A DNA stretch of 61,506 nucleotides, filler included, from Choristocarpus tenellus KU-1152 (GCA_964200185.2; 12 parts of 12 records of this genome joined end to end with filler, not necessarily neighbours in it); one strand, 5' to 3'; positions 27,946 to 40,873 are shown, counted from the whole stretch's first letter. Notes: generated from the sequence alone by a model not told the origin. Made by a program: numbers and translations.

Positions 27946-29018
27946 ATGTACCGTCCATCATGTGGAACGAAGGAAGGGTAAGAATCAATGATATGGTCTC
28001 AGAGTCGACTACTCTTTCTCTCCTACTTCTGTGACAACTTCAGTTTTTTTTTGCGAGTATTTCCCTGAATTTGTCTTTCCCGACAGGCTCACCCTTGAAT
28101 GATACCTCGATGAATTCCCCGTTATTCGGCGTTTCCGAGTTATTACCATGTCTGTCTCTTATGTGGTAATCGTTGCATTAATGATCAGTGACAATACAAT
28201 ATAACCGAAAGAGTACTCTGATGTATTACTTTTATACTCACCCATCGGAATCATTAGTATTTCCTATCCCAATCTTCTGGTTCCTCTATGAACCACTACA
28301 ATGATGTCTTTGCACTGTTATTCTTTCCCACATCCCAGTGCTGTTTTCTGGCTCAACATGGACCCCTGTGGTATCATCTGCGCCATGTTGACTTGGGGGC
28401 TGATCGGTTACGCTCAATACACTGTGACAGTATGTGTCATCAGTCCGTGGATGAAGGACTCGCTGGCCGCTATATTGAATGTGCTCGTTTTTAATGCTCT
28501 GTCCATATTGGCAATTATGGCCCATTTCAAGGCGATGTTGACAGACCCTGGCGCGGTATCGTCGCGGGCCGAGGCAAGTCGATAACGACACTCGTTCCTG
28601 GTTGAACCTCGTCAGAGCGTTCTGCTATCCCCAAGTCCTACCCCAACATCCTGTTCACTTTGCATGCTACAGACTAGCATATAGGCATTTAACTGTAGAC
28701 ACAGAGTGCTGGTCAGGTTTACTCGTAGCATTTTGTCTCCTGTTATGTCGCCCATTTTCGATGCCTTTTGAATTCGTCCCCCAACCAACATTAATCTTTT
28801 CGGGTACGCTGATAGTGTTGTAATCCCCCTCTTCCCGCTTTTGTGACTTATCTGAACAGCCACCAGCGGCCGAATTAGAAACCGGAGGAGGTGGGACTGG
28901 TGGTGGGGTGCAAGGTGGCTGCTTGGCAAATAATCCCCGCAGGTTCTGTCGGAAGTGCAATGCATACAAGCCTGTTAGAGCACACCATTGTTCCATCTGC
29001 AGGCGATGTATTGTCAAA
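27946..29018 (+). CDS. DHHC-type protein S-acyltransferase (ZDHHC3/7-like); exons 27946-27977, 28339-28573 and 28860-29018, 3' part missing
   Basis: MYRPSCGTKEG|AVFWLNMDPCG..two TM helices..AMLTDPGAVSSRAE|PPAA...RFCRKCNAYKPVRAHHCSICRRCIVK| with the DHHC expected in the next exon. Intron phases 2 and 0 agree; the second intron is GC-AG (GAG|GCAAGT). Confidence 0.92.
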
Positions 29019-31632
29019 GTGTGTATATGGGGAGATAGCTCAATGGGTTAGTCATGTGTAAGATATTGAGTTGTACGAGTGCGGTTAAAAAGATTAAGGG
29101 GTATAGATGAGGTGTTAGAATGGTGGGTAATACACTATTCATTTTTGTGGATTGCTCAGCTGAATGTTCAGCTGGATGTGCGTCCCTAAACGAAATCCGT
29201 GGCACTTTTTTATCGAAATGAATAGAATCATTCACTCCACTTAAAAATAGCATCGTGTATATCATCCCTCTTGCCTATGGTATCCATCATGATGTGTGAC
29301 AGTGAGAACTGAGACCTGTGGGGACTGAGTTTTTAACCCCAACCCCAGATTAATACATAACCCCATCCTGATGCACCCTATGTAGCTGATAGTATTGTTG
29401 ATGTGAATGTCAAATCCTTGAATTCGAAGCTTTCAGGGTCGTATTGCCTGGAATACCTTGGTCTGTTTACCTAGAGGGAGCATCAATACCGGAGTTCTGT
29501 TTCATGAGACTTGTCATGAGATTAAAAAAAATTATTATTACCCTTATTGTATGAAGAAGCCAACATTACAGGCACTATTATTCTTGAAGCATGAGTTTGA
29601 TTGGCAAGGTCTGTTTCAGGTTCGAAATGTGCTGTAATGTTGTGGTGTAGTACTGGTACTGTGTAGTACTGGCCTTAATATTATTTACCTGAACATTACT
29701 GTTGGACATGAGAATTCATGGCAAAGGCGGCTCTTTGTTGGGATGTGCTATATTAGGAGCTTGATGTTACAAGATGTGTGTGGGGGGGGTATATATGTGG
29801 GTAAGTTGTTTATATCAGAACAGAAGTGAAGTGAAGTCAAATGCCCCGTTCAAATCCATTGAGGACAAATGTTGAAAAGGAGGGTGGGTGTATGGTATTT
29901 TTTGAGATGGTGTTACTTGCCACAACCTCTTTAGTGTGCTTTAAAGCTCAAGAGAAGGGAATTTCATCCCTCTGTACCCCATTTTGAATGTGTGATATGA
30001 ACAGAATGGACCCCCTTTCTAGTTGGGATTTTTTTTGTGGATTTTTCAGTGCTTGGTTTTTTAGGCAGGACAAGAGCCTGCAAAGAGTCTCCAGAGAGTG
30101 CTTCCGCCTTTGGAGGGCTGTTTGACAAATTTTATAAATGAAACTTTCCTCCCCCTTAAGTTCAAAACACAAGCACGAACAGTTGAGTCGACATACTGTG
30201 AGTGTTGACATGAATGATACAAGAATCATGGGGTTAGATAAGATCCATTATTTCTTTACTATGCAAGTGGTGCGTTTTGGAGAAATTTTCTCATGAAATT
30301 TTTTCCTCAGGGCACTCTGCACTTTGCTTCAGGCGCAACACATACGTTTCGAATCTTCAGTGAGTACAGCAGTGTCTCAACATTATTCGTGTTTTACACG
30401 AATTTTATTTTTATTTACACTCAACGTTACTTTCCTCACCGTGCTGAATGTGTAACGTCTTTGTTGCCTTTGATTTTCTGTGCTATTCAGTGAGGAAGTT
30501 CTGGTGAATGAATATTGCCATCTCAACCCAGGCATGTGTTTTGAATGGTGTTAAAGCAGACTTTCCACGCAGTGTCATGGCTTTCAAGCACTGCTGCGGG
30601 GAAAGAAGGGGTGGGGGCAGGGGGGGGGGGGGGGGGGGGTCGGGTCGTGGGGGCCCCTCGTTTTGTTTTATAATAGTGTGTGGGGNNNNNNNNNNNNNNN
30701 NNNNNNNNNNNNNNNNNNNNNNNNNNNNNTTAATTAATTAANNNNNNNNNNNNNNNNNNNNNNNNNNNNNNNNNNNNNNNNNNNNCCCCCTCCTCCTCCG
30801 CCTCCTCCTCCTCCTCCTCCTCCTCCTCCTCCTCCTCCCCCTCCCCCTCCATTAGAGGAAGCTGAATTGTGACCAGTGTGCTGTGTTGATGTCAGTGATT
30901 CCTCATTACTATTTAACTGTGGATGGAGATTTTTTGGTACCATCCTCAGTGGTGATGGCGGAAATAATGCACAGGGATTGACAGTTTTCTTTTTTAAGTT
31001 CAAGGTAGGACTAGGGGTTAAACAGTCAGCAAGGGTACACACACTCTAAATAATTAATAAACACTAAACTGTTCCAAAAAAACAACAGTAATGTAGTAAA
31101 GTTGTACACAATCAGCAAATTAAAAAAATATATGTATGACAGTATTGTACTATACTATACTATACTATACTATACTTTCTTACAATTTTGTAAACGTCAC
31201 TGGTGAAGACTGTCTAACAGATACCATTAATAAAAAAATAATACCATAATGAAAACACCATTATATAAAGTACATACTGCTGCAATAATAAGTTTGAAGC
31301 ACAAAGCACTCATAACAAAGTTTAAATATTTCTATTCAACCTCTCTACTGTGGACCACATACACAAGAGGTCCTTTTCAAGACCCTGCAAAGTATTCCTA
31401 GTTCACATCTAAGACTATCCTTTACTCACGACGCTGACCCTCTGGGTATCTTGGACACTGACCTCTCTGATAGTTGGACCTCCCACAGTCAAGCCCAAGG
31501 TCTTTCTTGACTCAGACGGCGGGGGGGTTTCCAACTCCATCACCACCGGCTGCCGTCCCCCATATGAGTTGGAAGGCGTGGATGGTGTGATCTGGCCAAC
31601 AAAAAAAATACAGCGGGTGGTACCACAGGACC

Positions 31633-31910
31633 GAGTTGGTAACAGCTACAGAGTTTGTAGCAGAGTTGGTAACAGCTACAGAGTTTGTACCAGAGTAGGT
31701 AACAGCTACAGAGTTTGTACCAGAGTAGGTAACAGCTACAGAGTTTGTACCAGAGTAGGTAACAGCTACAGAGTTTGTACCAGAGTTGGTAACAGCTACA
31801 GAGTTTGTAGCAGAGTTGGTAACAGCTACAGAGTTTGTAGCAGAGTAGGTAACAGCTACAGAGTTTTACGAGAGTTGGTAACAGCTACAGAGTTTGTAAC
31901 AGAGTAGGTA
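31633..31910. repeat. 30-bp minisatellite, ~9.3 units (GAGTWGGTAACAGCTACAGAGTTTGTASCA)
   Basis: Directly visible tandem array with mainly two variable positions and one 1-nt deletion near 31867. Confidence 0.97.
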
Positions 31911-32819
31911 CAGGTTATTCACTGTAGAAACTTTGTAAAGGAGGTTCAATAGTACAGCAATGGTATACGTAGCCAACAGGGGTTGGTAGAGGCTAATCAG
32001 CACGTGATTCAAGACATTTGGTATAGAACTTGACACAGGGGTGGTGGTGGTAAAACAATGCTCTTGGCAAAGCAAAGTGTATACAAAAAAAAATGTGTAA
32101 GAACAACAACAGGCAATACAGCAGGTGATAAAAGAGGCCTGATACAGGAGGTGGTTGAGGAGTACAGGTACAGCACATGGAACTACAGGTGAAAGGGAGG
32201 TACCGGTCTGGAGATGATGTAGGAGTATAGCAGGCACAGGAGGTGATATGGCAGGTGGATACAAGAGCCCTTGTACACCACATGTAAAAGAGAACATGGG
32301 TGACAAGTTGGAAACTTACCATGGAAACAGAGGGTTGAGGTAAGGGTGTTGATGGCGTTGGACATAGAATACAGGATGCAGGGGGTCTACTGTGTAAGAT
32401 ACACCACTTCAATTACATTTCCTAACTTGCATCGATACGCCTTCCCAACAAATCACCTTGAAGGGACGTTCTCTTTTAAATCACCAAGAAATGATCTCAG
32501 CGGTCACTGTATTTACAAAACACTTCCTTTGAATATGAAAAAAAAAAGAATTTAACTAAAACACAAACACACACACACACACACTAGAAAAGGCGACCTT
32601 CCACTATACCTATCACCTGGCAACAAAATCCAGCACACATACATACACACAAATATATATATATATATATATACCTATTGATGCATCTATGCATCTCTTT
32701 GCCAACAGGAATACATAGAACGATCAAACAACACATCACAAATGACAATAAAAAGTATATGAATATAAATACACTACACTGCAACCTTTTGTAACAATTC
32801 ACTCACTTTTCCTTATTTA

Positions 32820-33019
32820 GGTCACAGTATCTGGGGGGGGAGGGGGGGGGGGTCTACACCAGGGTGTCCATTCAGGACCTGACCAGGAGGAGTGCACTTA
32901 CATTACCCATCTGACACTCACGACCAAATCACCCTAAAATCATGACACGGAAAAATGGGCCCCGAATGGACAGCCGCCAACCCCCCCCTCTCCCCCGCTC
33001 CCCCCAGATACCTTGAGCA
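32820..33019 (+). mobile_element. MITE family A, full copy
   Basis: GGTCACAGTATCTGGGGGGG ... CCCCCAGATACCTTGAGCA with the conserved internal sequence. Confidence 0.88.
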
Positions 33020-34009
33020 ATTGTTAATACAAAGCTATTATTCTCAAGTTGTTTCTCACAGTGTGTGGGAAGCCAGAAGAGTCCCCCCCCCAACCACGGA
33101 CAGCACCAGCACCAGCACCCGCCTCCATATGAACATTCCTCCCTAATACATTCCCTTCATCCACAGTCATGAGCTGAAGACCACGATCTGCTGCGAAGGA
33201 GAGGGAAGGGGGGGCCTCCTTCTCTGCCAGCTCGCCTAGCCAGGGATGGCGAAGAGCCTAAGACACAGGGTTAGGGCTACGCAATGAGGATCCATCTCAT
33301 TGGTCGATTGCACCCGAACAAAAAGGCACGCTGTTTCATTGGTCGGAATACGGCTCTTTTGTAATGTTTTTGTTGTTTTTCCCTGTTTTTCCCCCCTAGG
33401 TGAGAAAAACATTAAAAAAAAATCGTCTTAAAATTATTGTATCCTTTGTAAACACTATTTGATTGGTATATTCAAAAATAGATTCTAAAGGAAAAGTGTA
33501 TTTTTTTTTGAAGATTTGGAAAAATAAATAAATACACAAACACACACACACACAGGGTACAGCCAGAAAATTCTAAACAAGGTGTTCATTCGCTGTTCTG
33601 TACAAAACATTTATATGTTTTTAATTAACAAACAAACAAACAAACAAAAAACTCCACTTCCTCCACAAATACAAAAAATGAATTATCACAATTTAAAAAT
33701 CACCGGGGGCATTGTTAGTAGTGTTCCCAAGTCAAGACAATTTACAAAAACAGGCAAGCAAGCCCTCCCTGGATACAGAAGCAATCACCAAAGACCGAGG
33801 CGGCGAAGAAGGTGGAAGTTTAAACACAAGAGGAATAGCATTTGTTATTGTCTCTTGTAGTTGTCTCTTGTAGTTCCCACCTTTTACTGCCTGCCTCCTT
33901 GATACCATCATTTCATTATCTACCTGAGGGAATACTACAGACATAGTGAAAAAAATCGGCATTGTCATTCTTGGTGGCATTTAGTATGGTAGGAGTAAAC
34001 ACTGGAAGA

Positions 34010-34250
34010 GAAATAACATAATGATACAATAATATAATAATTCAACAATATAATTCAATAATATAATTCAATAATATAATAATAAATAATATAACGCAAT
34101 AATATAATTCAACAATATAATTCAATAATATAATAATAAATAATACAACAACGCAATAATATAATTCAATAACATAATAATGCAACAACACAATTCAATA
34201 ACATAATGATAAACAATGTAAAAATACAGGAATACAATAATAAATAATAG
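34010..34250. repeat. AAT/ATAAT-rich low-complexity degenerate tandem repeat
   Basis: Repeated AATATAATTCAA-like units. Confidence 0.8.
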
Positions 34251-35471
34251 TTCTTGTGTCCCCTTCGACGGTTGCTTCTGTCTGTCTCCCCTACGACACG
34301 CAACATTCAAAAAATAAAAATCAGCAACAAACAAAATAAAAAAAACAAAGAACGGAATCACCCAACCTAAACAAAAAACAACATAATAAACAACGATGCG
34401 AACAACAAACCCCCACCTCAAAACAAAAACAAACATCTTACATAAAAAAACTAAAAAATGGCACGCAGTGTAACATAACTGTACCTTTTAGGATAACAAA
34501 AAACATGATACGAGACGTACCTTTTTCAAGTAGGAGAGCACACGGACATACACCCACTCCATCAAAATAACCCAAAATATAATATAAAATATACTATAAT
34601 ATAAACCATAATAAAAAATAAAATAAATTAGAAGGTTGTACGAAACATAGGGATTTTTATTATTCCTGTCCCCCTTGTGGAAAGGATGTACACCCCCCCC
34701 CCCCCCNNNNNNNNNNNNNNNNNNNNNNNNNNNNNNNNNNNNNNNNNNNNTTAATTAATTAANNNNNNNNNNNNNNNNNNNNNNNNNNNNNNNNNNNNNN
34801 NNNNNNGGGGTGTTGGGTGGAGGGAGGGGGGGGGGAGGGGGGGGGGGGGGGGGGGGGGGGGAGGGGATGAACTCGAGTTAGTTCAAATCGCTATGCAATC
34901 ACTTGTTCAACGGCATAGCTCATCTTGCACCCAGCACCAAGAGTGGATAGCTCGTAGGTCCTACCAAAACATTACCTTTATCCTTAACATTCACCTTTCC
35001 CCTATACAGTTGTACAAATCAACGATTGATCACTCATTAAAAAAAAACAAAACACACACACACACATGCACTGTCTAATCCCAAACAGCAAATAACGCTC
35101 ACGATGTTCCCACACCCCATCAACACACTTCCGCCTTTCATCAGACTATCCATACACACAACCACCCCAGGCAACAAAAGCAAACAAACCCAACGTTCAA
35201 CAGGTACCACACCCACACTTCAGAAACCCATTTTCACACAACCTCCATAGAGCATTCGGTCTATACACCCAACTACGGAGATCAACTACAAAACTCTCCT
35301 CACACAACCTCCACTTCACAGTTCAACTCAACCACAACGCCTTCCACGCCGAAACCCCCTAAAATCCACCAACTTCAATGAACACCCTGCTGCATCCCCA
35401 ACTCAAAAGAAAGGCCCCACTTCCCCTCATCGTGCAGGGGAAGGGACAAGACAAGAGGATGCCGAGCTCAC

Positions 35472-35656
35472 CGGATGAGTGTGTTGACTTTCTGGCACTC
35501 GATATCGTAAAGGGCCTTCACAGCGGCCTTGATCTGCCTCTTGTTGGAGCGGACATCAACAATGAAGACAAGTGTGTTGTTGTCCTCAATCTTCTTCATC
35601 GCCGACTCTGTTGTCAACGGGAACTTCACAATACGGTGCTTGTCCATAGCCGGGGT
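35472..35656 (-). CDS. RPL23A: 60S ribosomal protein L23a (uL23), internal exon
   Basis: TAACAG|[62 protein letters not shown]|GTGAGC; [22 protein letters not shown] is the eukaryotic uL23 signature. Confidence 0.97.
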
Positions 35657-35971
35657 CTGTTAACAATAACAATAACACACACACACATGTGCAGGCGTGT
35701 CAGTGAATTCATGGACGACGATCACAACGCATCACTGCACTCTTTAGAGCGAACGCACTTTTTTCTTGAGCGGGGAGCAGCACAGACCCTTTTGATCTTA
35801 ACCCTAACCCTAACCCAGCATGGAAGGATGCAGTTGAAGTGTCGGTATTCAAAAAATCGAGTAGCATCCTATGTGTTGTGGTTCAACCAATTACAGACCA
35901 TTGTCGGGAAAAGTGAGAGAACAAGAAAGTTCTTGGAAAAATCCAAGGGGGGGGGGGGGGGGGGGGGGAAG

Positions 35972-36012
<41 letters not shown>

Positions 36013-36108
36013 AAAAAAAAAAAAAAAAAAAAAAAAATACANNNNNNNNNNTTGTAGAAGTAAGAAGAAAAGAATGAAAAGAAGAGAGGAGGGGGAAAGG
36101 GGGGAGAA

Positions 36109-36154
<46 letters not shown>

Positions 36155-36770
36155 GTACAAAGAAGGATGGATAAGAATCACACAGTAAACGGCAATACAG
36201 ATACACATAATAATAAAAAATGCTTTACCCTAACCCTAACCCACACAAAAAAGAAACACAACGAAAAGTACTGGTAATGTACAGGGCGTTGAAGGAGAGG
36301 AGAAGGAAGACTACAGCACAGCTTGCTTGGGAGGATGGTATCACAATTTCAGAAATAACAAAAAAAGAAAAGAGAGGAAAAGAACGGGAACCGAAAGGGC
36401 GATACACGAAACGACACTCTGATCCAAAAAACCCATTCCAATCTTCAGTGATTTTTGTATGCAACAGACTGCCAATGCCTTACTTTTTTCTGGTGCTATG
36501 CATGAGTGAGGATGCCGCCGAGAAAACAGTTACGGTTGACTGCCGTGTTCTAAATCAGAGTGAAAAATAATATATTTCAATGTGTTTGAGGAAACACACC
36601 TCAAACCCCAACAAAAAAGATTCGAAATCAAGCCGTGACAAGATTACATGCAATTTTTGCAACTTACAAAAAAGAACCTTTCAAACCAAAAAAGCCTTCC
36701 ATCAGCGTTCCAGACAATTGCGTCCAAGTATTTCGTGGGAAGAGAATAAAAATTGAATGAAAATAAAAGA

Positions 36771-36940
36771 CAATGTCGGGCAGATAAATGACCCCCCGGG
36801 CCGACTAGAAGCCGCTTCCCAGGGGGCAAAGTTTACCACCCGGGCCTTCAACCAAAAAGGACCCTGTCATTAATGTAGCACTGGCATGAAACCCCCCTGA
36901 CGTGGTGAACATTTGTCAGGAGGGGGATTAAATAGTGCAC
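36771..36940 (-). ncRNA. Box H/ACA snoRNA, probably intronic in RPL23A; predicted guide for the LSU rRNA pseudouridine equivalent to yeast 25S Psi2314
   Basis: Hairpin 1 has stems GCACU/AGUGC and CCCUCCUGAC/GUCAGGGGGG, then H box ACAUUA (36876-36871). Hairpin 2 has CGGGUGGUAAA/UUUAUCUGCCCG and CCCCCUGGG/CCCGGGGG, then ACA-UUG (36776-36771). Pocket strands UUAAUC and UUCAUGC pair with GCAUGAA-UG-GAUUAA, 14 nt from the H box. Confidence 0.85.
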
Positions 36941-37410
36941 AATGTATTTCAAAATACTCGACCAGGTGCCTTATCCACTCGCGCAATGAGCACAAGAGGA
37001 GGAAGGGGGGCAGGGGAAGAGCAATGTGGAAGAGAGGAGAGCCTTTACTGTCTATCTCACACCCGCGTCACTATGTTCTTCAACCACAACACACACCACA
37101 AGAGCTATCCTTGCACGTGAATCCACTCCTAATTGAAACACAAACAACTGATGTACACACTACAATCCTAACAAATACAACAGAAATACTTCCCTCTTCT
37201 GATTGATGCTCTCACACTTGGCAGTCACACTTTTGTCAGACACCACAGTACTTCGCAGGAGACAACTTCACAGTTATAAACCCACTAACACTGCACAAAC
37301 ACCAACCCAACCATGCGATGCAGTACACCCCTCCAGTTTTAAAATTTTAAATCACCGTGTTACAGAGCACACAACTACTAACAACTCCAGTGCGATCACA
37401 GCGAAGAAAG

Positions 37411-37442
<32 letters not shown>

Positions 37443-38299
37443 ACCCCCACACCCGCCCACCCCCCACCNNNNNNNNNNNNNNNNNNNNNNNNNNNNNNNN
37501 NNNNNNNNNNNNTTAATTAATTAANNNNNNNNNNNNNNNNNNNNNNNNNNNNNNNNNNNNNNNNNNNNTTATGGGGGGCCTGGGGTACAGCCGGGTGCTC
37601 TTCCGCCCCCCCCCCCCCCCCCCCCCCCCAGATACTTTGGGTCAGCCTAAAGCCTAGGTACCTCTCGTTTAATTTGGGTCAAAACTATAAAATGGATAAC
37701 ATGGAGTGAAGTGGTTACTTCATCTCCAAGCAAGGGGTCATGAATCAGATATCATTGCGATAAACCCTGAGATTTACACATACATAGAGGGAAAAGGGGT
37801 AAAGATTAAAAACGAAGGGAGAAATTGTTGTATCATAAAACATTTGGGTGAAGGTGTTGAATATGTCGAGTTTGCAAAATGTGCGTGAGATGTTGTAGAT
37901 GTATGTACCCAGCACCTACCCGGCAAGATTGATTTCGTTTTGGATTCCCTGCTGTTGAGCTTCTATCACAAGCGCGCAAAAAAAAAAAAGGACTCTCTAT
38001 TCCTACCACAAAAAGTGGTTCCTCAACCAACATTTTGTGCTTTGTTGCACTCCACAAATAGGTTGTCTTCACTTTAAAGCCTTGCAACTATCCCAACCCC
38101 TGGATAGAGGCACTATACTGTACATAGCACTAATTCTCAAACTATCTACCTATGTGTCAAAAGGTTGCACTGCAAATAATTATATTCGTTCTTGGCTTGC
38201 TTCTTGCACGTTGGGTTCAATACTCCCAGTGCTCATCGATCGCTTTGTCTCCTCAATCAAATCTTGTGCTGCACTCCCCTTCGACGTTTCCACCATGAT

Positions 38300-39900
38300 C
38301 TTCTTGGTCCGCTGCTTTTGTGGAATAAGGACAGAGAGGGAAGTACGGATTTACGATCCATGTTTTTGTGGTTGCCATGTGGAGTTAGATGGTTGAAACC
38401 AGATACGGATGTGAAGAATTCTGATGCTGATATGGTTCAAACCTGCACCCTCATGATACAGACTGCTTCAATTCAATAAAATGGTTATGCATAGCAAACC
38501 TTCGAGTTAGAGCAAAGCAGTCTGGTGCTGGTTGCAAGAAAAAACAACAATACATGTAGTGTAGGATGGGAGTATCAGCCATGACCGCTGGCACAATGAT
38601 TTAGAAAGCAATACTGTAGAGAATCAAGTACAAAAACCCCGTGACCTGTTTATTTGAAGGGTTGATCAAAGAACTCTCCATATTTAGGGGCAATGTTGTC
38701 ATTTTCATCTTGGCAATGCTCAATAAGGTTGACAGTGAAATACGAGCAAATATATTTCCAATTGGTGGTCTAAACGTATAGGAGTAGACCTCTGGCAAAC
38801 TGACAGAAAAAAAATCTGAAACACTGCCACTTTTTATTGCCCATTCCACAGGATATTGCCTGTTCGTGTTTTGTTCTTATGAAAATTGGTTCAAATCATG
38901 TGCTCTAATCGAACTAGCTAAGAATCGTGAAACCCGATCTTGCTATTTCTCTGTTTCACACCCAGGTGTTTTCTCTCACCAATAGTCGTGGAGCAAATAT
39001 GGGGTGAATCTTTCGGATTAGCAGGAGGCGCTCGATCAGCTTTGCATAACTAGATCTGTATTGTTAGTCAAAAGCGATGTTGGAAGAGTGGTGTGCATGT
39101 TAGGAAGCGATACATTGTGAAGACATCATCATGGCTGCAAATTGATTCACTTGTGTGGATATCAAGGGAAGAACATACCAATATGCTTGTAGTCCTGATA
39201 GACACATAATACAACTACTAAATAGTTGAAACACAGGCAATGCTAACGACAGTGTGTTGTTGAATTGGGGCAGTGCAACAATTAACACCACTCAGAACAA
39301 GTGCATGCATCTATGCACTAACCAAAAAATACACTAGCTGGTCACATGAAAGCACTCGTTAGAATGGTATTTCCCACGGAGCAAACCAAAGTTGGGGGTG
39401 GTCACGTTAAGGATTGGGGTCTTCGCGAGGATTGGGTCATAAAATTCTTTGAACTATCACAATCCGCCAACCACACCTTTATCATGGTACCAAACCTACA
39501 TGTCTCATACCATCCTTGAACAACTGAATCAACATTAAACCCGCCAGACAGAAGACCATTTAAAAAGATGGGTACTGGCATCGTCTTAATCATATTCCTC
39601 ATGAAACTTAGGATCCGCTTGATCCCTTAAAGATCACAATCCGTCAACCACAGCACTCTTTCAGTGTTAGACTCAGGAGTGAGTCCTTATTTTTACTCAG
39701 CTCATGCCGATGCACCAATGAAACTGCCAAGTGTTTTTGTGCGGGGATATATATCAACAATTTCCAAAAAGTCCAAGCAACCTCTTGAGAGTGGCCGTCG
39801 TCAAGAGAGTAGCACACTATCTCAAAAACCAATGTTTGAGGCGTTCTGTTGAGTGGGCTATGTGCCCTAACATGATATCGGCACCTTCTAGACCTTCTAG
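38300..39900 (-). mobile_element. Degenerate Gypsy-like integrase, possibly with a chromodomain
   Basis: Order on the minus strand: LDDGHSQE..TFWKL (zinc-finger-like), ADCDSSKNFM (cf. SDxGxxF), VALPQFNNT (cf. LPxVxFAxN), GFQPSNSTWQP (cf. GYxxxxxTWEP). Confidence 0.4.
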
Positions 39901-40693
39901 GCGATCTACATGTTTCTATTCATCTAAGTTACACGCATACTAAATGAGTTACGTCTTTTCTAGGGCATATAGGGACATGCGTTCTCACACATGCCACCTC
40001 TACAAATAGATCTGTGCACTCTCTATAGTGAGGTTGCCACCTCAGATATCACCTTCTCTAATCAATTAGTCTGACCATTATTCAGTCTCATGTCAACCTT
40101 ACTTCGTTCTCCAAAGTAGGAACCTAATATACCTCCAAGCATCGCGAACAATATATCGCTGTCCTGAATGCCACCTTGATTTGTGGTTTGTACTACAAAA
40201 TACTACGAAGGTGCGTAGAACCAACCTATTCTGGAATACATATCGCATTAGACTGTGGGCATTAAGCGTTTAGTACAAAGAGACGATTGTGAGTATTGTC
40301 AGGGTGAGGATAGTGCAGAGGGCTCATGTTACCTTGAGGGGGGCTGCCCGCACAAGGGCTAGTTTCACACCATCCTGTAAGCTGCCCTTGAAGCAAGAGC
40401 TTGAATTGAAAGGAAGGAGAAAAGGGGTGGAGGGAGGGGACGTTGGTTGGTGTTACACTTGATTGAGTTGTTTGGTGTGTGGTTGAGTTGTTTATTTTTG
40501 AATGCTTTTGTGCCTGCAAGGGTAAGAATCTATCTATCCATTATTGGAACACAACAGCATTCGTTGCATTGTACCGTAGGTAGGAGTAGTATGAGGCCAG
40601 GTTCCTTACCCCTTGGCAATAAAGAGTTTAGCCAGGCAATTATTTCAAAATACATCACATTAAGGTACCTGTTACAATAATCATTCAATGTAA

Positions 40694-40873
40694 GGCTAAA
40701 CGTATCTCTATGTGGGGGGGGTTCTACACCAGGCTGTCCATTCGGGCCCTGACCAGGAAAAGGGCACTTACATTATCCAACCGATGCATGCAACCAAATC
40801 ACACAAAAATTACGACATGGAAAAATGGGCCCCAAGTGGACAGCCGCCACCCCCCCCCCAGATACTTTGAGCT
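40694..40873 (+). mobile_element. MITE family A, full copy with TAA target-site duplication
   Basis: TAA|GGCTAAACGTATCTC ... CAGATACTTTGAGCT|TAA. Confidence 0.9.

Noticed and set aside
31569-31907. ORF with RVGNSYRVCT repeats or a CRISPR-like array
   Set aside because: It is open only because of a 30-bp tandem repeat; there are no unique spacers and no cas genes.
35378-36277. 299-aa plus-strand ORF
   Set aside because: It is the antisense shadow of the RPL23A exon extended through homopolymers and Ns.
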